IMG/VR virus record: IMGVR_UViG_2734482785_000011
Coordinates: 1 to 9,005 of that record
Origin: a virus
Taxonomy: Duplodnaviria; Heunggongvirae; Uroviricota; Caudoviricetes
Length of the DNA: 9,005 bases
Reading direction: 5' to 3' (one strand)
Below, one piece after another: positions 6,198-9,005 of this stretch. Both the position numbers and the translations under genes were made by a program. The stretch's first letter is position 1, and each line of letters opens with the position of its first letter. The notes below the pieces were generated by a model, which had not been told where the DNA came from, ran no database searches, and worked only from the letters and a program-made list of their open reading frames with translations.

Positions 6198-6343
6198 TAA
6201 CAGTTCCCATCTGTAGGGGAGGGGCGGGTCAAATCTCTGCAACCCTGGCTGCTCAGTACCGCCGCCTGACCTTTCCTCGCATCGCCGCAGGTTCGAAAAC
6301 TTTTTTTGGAATGTGATTGAATGATTGATAGGTAAAACCGATT
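6198..6343. other. Probable cos (cohesive end/packaging initiation) region between the HNH gene and the terminase small subunit
   Basis: Position only: in HK97-like phages cos lies between the HNH gene (right genome end) and TerS (left genome end). The 146 bp non-coding interval contains a G-rich segment gtaggggaggggcgggtc. The exact cosN cannot be defined from sequence alone. Confidence 0.3.
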
Positions 6344-6826
6344 ATGTCAGGACCCCCGAAAACCCCGCCACGCCTGCATTTGATACGAGGCAACCCCTCA
6401 AAGCGCCCCGTTAAAGACCCAAAAAAAACCGCTAAAAAGGATGAAAAAGGTCTCCCTAAAATTCCGCAACATTTAGGGTCGCAGGGGAAGTACTGGTTCA
6501 GGCGAATGGCGGAAGAACTGAATGCGGAAGGGATCATTTCTCAGCTTGATGCGCGTGCACTCGAGTTACTGGTGGAAGCCTACACCGAATACCGGCATCA
6601 CTGCGAAACACTTGATGCTGAGGGTTATACCTACCGCACGGAAACGCAGAACGGTGATGTGCTGATTAAGGCACACCCGGCTGCTGCGATGAAAGCGGAT
6701 GCCTGGAAGCGGATCCGGGCGATGCTTGCAGAGTTTGGTATGTCACCGGCAAGCCGGGCTAAAGTAAATACCGCCGGACCGGATGATGTTGATCCGCTGG
6801 CGGAGCTTTTAAAAGCGAGAGACTGA
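6344..6826 (+). CDS. Terminase small subunit, P27 family (160 aa)
   Basis: Product MSGPPKTPPRLHLIRGNPSKRP... with basic N-terminus and conserved LHLIRGNPSKR-type motif typical of P27-family TerS. Its stop overlaps the TerL start (TGATG). Confidence 0.85.
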   Translation: MSGPPKTPPRLHLIRGNPSKRPVKDPKKTAKKDEKGLPKIPQHLGSQGKYWFRRMAEELNAEGIISQLDARALELLVEAYTEYRHHCETLDAEGYTYRTETQNGDVLIKAHPAAAMKADAWKRIRAMLAEFGMSPASRAKVNTAGPDDVDPLAELLKARD

Positions 6827-8583
6827 TGGCAAAAGTGGCTGACGGGATCCGCTACGCCGAACGTGTTGTTGCAGGAGAAATTGTCGCTGGCGAATTTGTC
6901 CGTCTGGCCTGCCAGCGTTTTCTTGATGATCTGAAGTACGGCGAAGAGCGGGGGATTTATTTCAGTGAACCTCGTGCGCAGCACATCCTGAATTTCTACA
7001 AATTTGTGCCCCATGTGAAAGGGGCGCTGGCAGGCCAGCCCATTGAACTGATGGACTGGCATGTATTTATCCTCATTAATATTTTTGGTTTTGTCATTCC
7101 GCTGGTGAATGAAGAGACCGGGGAAGTTGTCATGCGCAGCGATGGCAGCGGACGCCCGGTGATGGTGCGCCGGTTCCGGACGGCGTACAACGAAGTCGCC
7201 CGTAAAAACGCAAAATCAACCCTGTCATCGGGTATCGGTCTGTATATGACGGGGGCAGATGGTGAAGGCGGGGCTGAGGTGTATTCAGCCGCAACCACGC
7301 GTGACCAGGCCAGAATCGTGTTTGAAGACGCCAAAAATATGGTCAGAAAAGCCCGGTCGACACTCGGGCGCTTGTTTGATTTCAACAAGCTGGCGATTTA
7401 CCAGGAGCAGAGCGCATCAAAATTTGAACCGCTTTCCTCGGATGCAAACAACCTGGACGGTCTGAACATCCACTGCGCCATTATTGATGAGCTGCATGCA
7501 CATAAAACCCGCGACGTGTGGGACGTTCTGGAAACGGCAACCGGTGCCCGTCTGCAGTCCCTGTTATTTGGTATCACCACGGCGGGCTTTAACAAGGAAG
7601 GGATTTGTTACGAGCAGCGCGATTACGCCATTAAGGTATTGCGAGGCTATAACAGCGACGTGGAGGGCGCGGTAAAAGACGACTCCTACTTTGCGATCAT
7701 TTACACGCTCGATGAGGGAGATGATCCGTTTGATGAAACGGTCTGGCAGAAAGCGAATCCGGGCCTGGGCATCTGTAAACGCTGGGATGATCTGCGTCGT
7801 CTGGCGAAAAAAGCGAAGGAGCAGGTCTCTGCGCGGGTGAATTTTTTCACAAAACACATGAATGTGTGGGTAACAGCAGAGTCTGCCTGGATGGACATGA
7901 TTAAGTGGGAGAAGTGCGAATACATTGCCCCACGACATGAGCTGAAAACGTATCCCATGTGGGTAGGCGTTGACCTTGCTCATAAGATTGATATCTGTGC
8001 GGCGGCAAAACTCTGGCGAACCGATAACGGGCATGTTCATGCCGATTTTAAATTCTGGCTTCCGGAAGGACGGCTGGAACGATGCTCGCGGCAGCAGGCA
8101 GAACTTTACCGGAAGTGGTCGGAGATGGATAAGCTGATTCTGACGGATGGTGATGTTATCGATCATGCTCAGATAAAAAGTGACTTACTGGAATGGATTG
8201 GCGGTGAAAACCTCAGGGAACTGGGATTTGACCCGTGGAGCGCGATGCAGTTCAGCCTGGCACTGGCTGAAGAAGGGATACCGCTGGTGGAGGTTCCGCA
8301 GACGGTCCGCAATCTGTCAGAGGCCATGAAGGAAACGGAATCACTGGTCTATGCCGGGCGTTTCCATCACAGCAATCATCCGGTCATGAACTGGATGATG
8401 TCTAACGTTACGGTAAAACCGGACAAAAACGACAACATCTTCCCGAATAAATCCACGCCTGAAGCCAAAATCGACGGCCCTGTTGCGATGTTTACAGCAA
8501 TGAGCCGGATGCTGGTCAATGGCGGTGAACCGGAGCCGGATCTGTCTGAACACCTGATCAGTGTTGGTATCCGCTCGCTTTAA
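6826..8583 (+). CDS. Terminase large subunit (585 aa), Terminase_1 / HK97-like family
   Basis: ATPase-domain blocks [18 protein letters not shown] and [21 protein letters not shown], and DELH (Walker B-like) in [18 protein letters not shown]; size and position between TerS and portal. Confidence 0.95.
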   Translation: MAKVADGIRYAERVVAGEIVAGEFVRLACQRFLDDLKYGEERGIYFSEPRAQHILNFYKFVPHVKGALAGQPIELMDWHVFILINIFGFVIPLVNEETGEVVMRSDGSGRPVMVRRFRTAYNEVARKNAKSTLSSGIGLYMTGADGEGGAEVYSAATTRDQARIVFEDAKNMVRKARSTLGRLFDFNKLAIYQEQSASKFEPLSSDANNLDGLNIHCAIIDELHAHKTRDVWDVLETATGARLQSLLFGITTAGFNKEGICYEQRDYAIKVLRGYNSDVEGAVKDDSYFAIIYTLDEGDDPFDETVWQKANPGLGICKRWDDLRRLAKKAKEQVSARVNFFTKHMNVWVTAESAWMDMIKWEKCEYIAPRHELKTYPMWVGVDLAHKIDICAAAKLWRTDNGHVHADFKFWLPEGRLERCSRQQAELYRKWSEMDKLILTDGDVIDHAQIKSDLLEWIGGENLRELGFDPWSAMQFSLALAEEGIPLVEVPQTVRNLSEAMKETESLVYAGRFHHSNHPVMNWMMSNVTVKPDKNDNIFPNKSTPEAKIDGPVAMFTAMSRMLVNGGEPEPDLSEHLISVGIRSL

Positions 8584-8594
8584 CCGAGGGCATT

Positions 8595-8777
8595 ATGTTT
8601 CTGATAATTCTCACGCCACTGGTGGGCGTGCTGGGGGCGCTTTTGCTGTCGTATGGCACATGGCTGATTTATCCCCCGGCAGGTTTTGTTGTTGCCGGGG
8701 CGCTGTGTCTGTGCTGGTCGTGGCTGGTTGCGCGTTATCTCGATCGCGGTCACCGGGTTGCCTCCGGAGGTGAGTAA
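8595..8777 (+). CDS. Small membrane protein (60 aa, two predicted TM helices) between TerL and portal; hypothetical
   Basis: ATG at 8595 with GAGGG 4-5 nt upstream; product [60 protein letters not shown]. Its TAA stop overlaps the portal ATG (TAATG at 8775-8779). Confidence 0.45.
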   Translation: MFLIILTPLVGVLGALLLSYGTWLIYPPAGFVVAGALCLCWSWLVARYLDRGHRVASGGE

Positions 8778-9005
8778 TGTTTTTCCTGGGGCTTTTTCAA
8801 CGCAAAAATAACACCCCCGTCACAACGCCCGGGATGCTTGCGGAAGAACTTGGATTGTCATACGACACCTATACCGGAAAGCGGATCAGCAGCCAGCGGG
8901 CCATGCGGCTGACGGCGGTGTATTCCTGCGTCAGGGTGCTGGCGGAGTCTGTTGGTATGCTGCCCTGCAGCCTCTACAAAATCACCGGCACCCTTAAAAC
9001 ACGGG
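8777..9005 (+). CDS. Portal protein, HK97 family, N-terminal part (gene continues beyond the window end)
   Basis: Translation [71 protein letters not shown]... matches the conserved N-terminal region of HK97-type portals (AMRLxAVYxCVRxLxESVxxLP). Confidence 0.85.
   Translation, partial: MFFLGLFQRKNNTPVTTPGMLAEELGLSYDTYTGKRISSQRAMRLTAVYSCVRVLAESVGMLPCSLYKITGTLKTR

Noticed and set aside
6631-8166. Minus-strand ORFs inside the terminase genes (6631..7062, 6996..7388, 7398..7595, 7564..8166, 7701..7958) and plus-strand alternative-frame ORFs (7259..7465, 7484..7675)
   Set aside because: The terminase frame is confirmed by conserved motifs; these are shadow ORFs.

Overview
This window reads as the late region of a lambdoid prophage with an HK97-like packaging/head module, in an Enterobacteriaceae (E. 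coli-like) genome. All calls come from reading the sequence and the supplied ORF translations; no database search was run. Left to right: the 5' part of a general porin gene on the minus strand (NmpC/OmpD/Lc-like, a classic prophage moron); a 450 bp AT-rich divergent intergenic region; a small winged-helix-like ORF with its own terminator; a beta-class DNA methyltransferase (DPPY ... FxGxG) with no restriction partner in view; a non-coding stretch ending in a strong intrinsic terminator; two adjacent tRNA genes (Thr-UGU and Gly-UCC); a 550 bp non-coding gap with three stacked terminators; a lysis cassette (holin-like membrane protein, second small membrane protein, GH108-type endolysin) closed by a terminator; two paralogous small transmembrane peptides and a small lipoprotein; an HNH endonuclease; a probable cos region; terminase small subunit (P27 family); terminase large subunit; a small 2-TM ORF; and the start of an HK97-family portal gene. 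No Q antiterminator, integrase, CRISPR array or IS element is visible. The features most worth follow-up are the paralogous peptide/lipoprotein cluster, the orphan methyltransferase, the lysis cassette lacking recognisable spanins, and the terminator-rich architecture upstream of the lysis genes.
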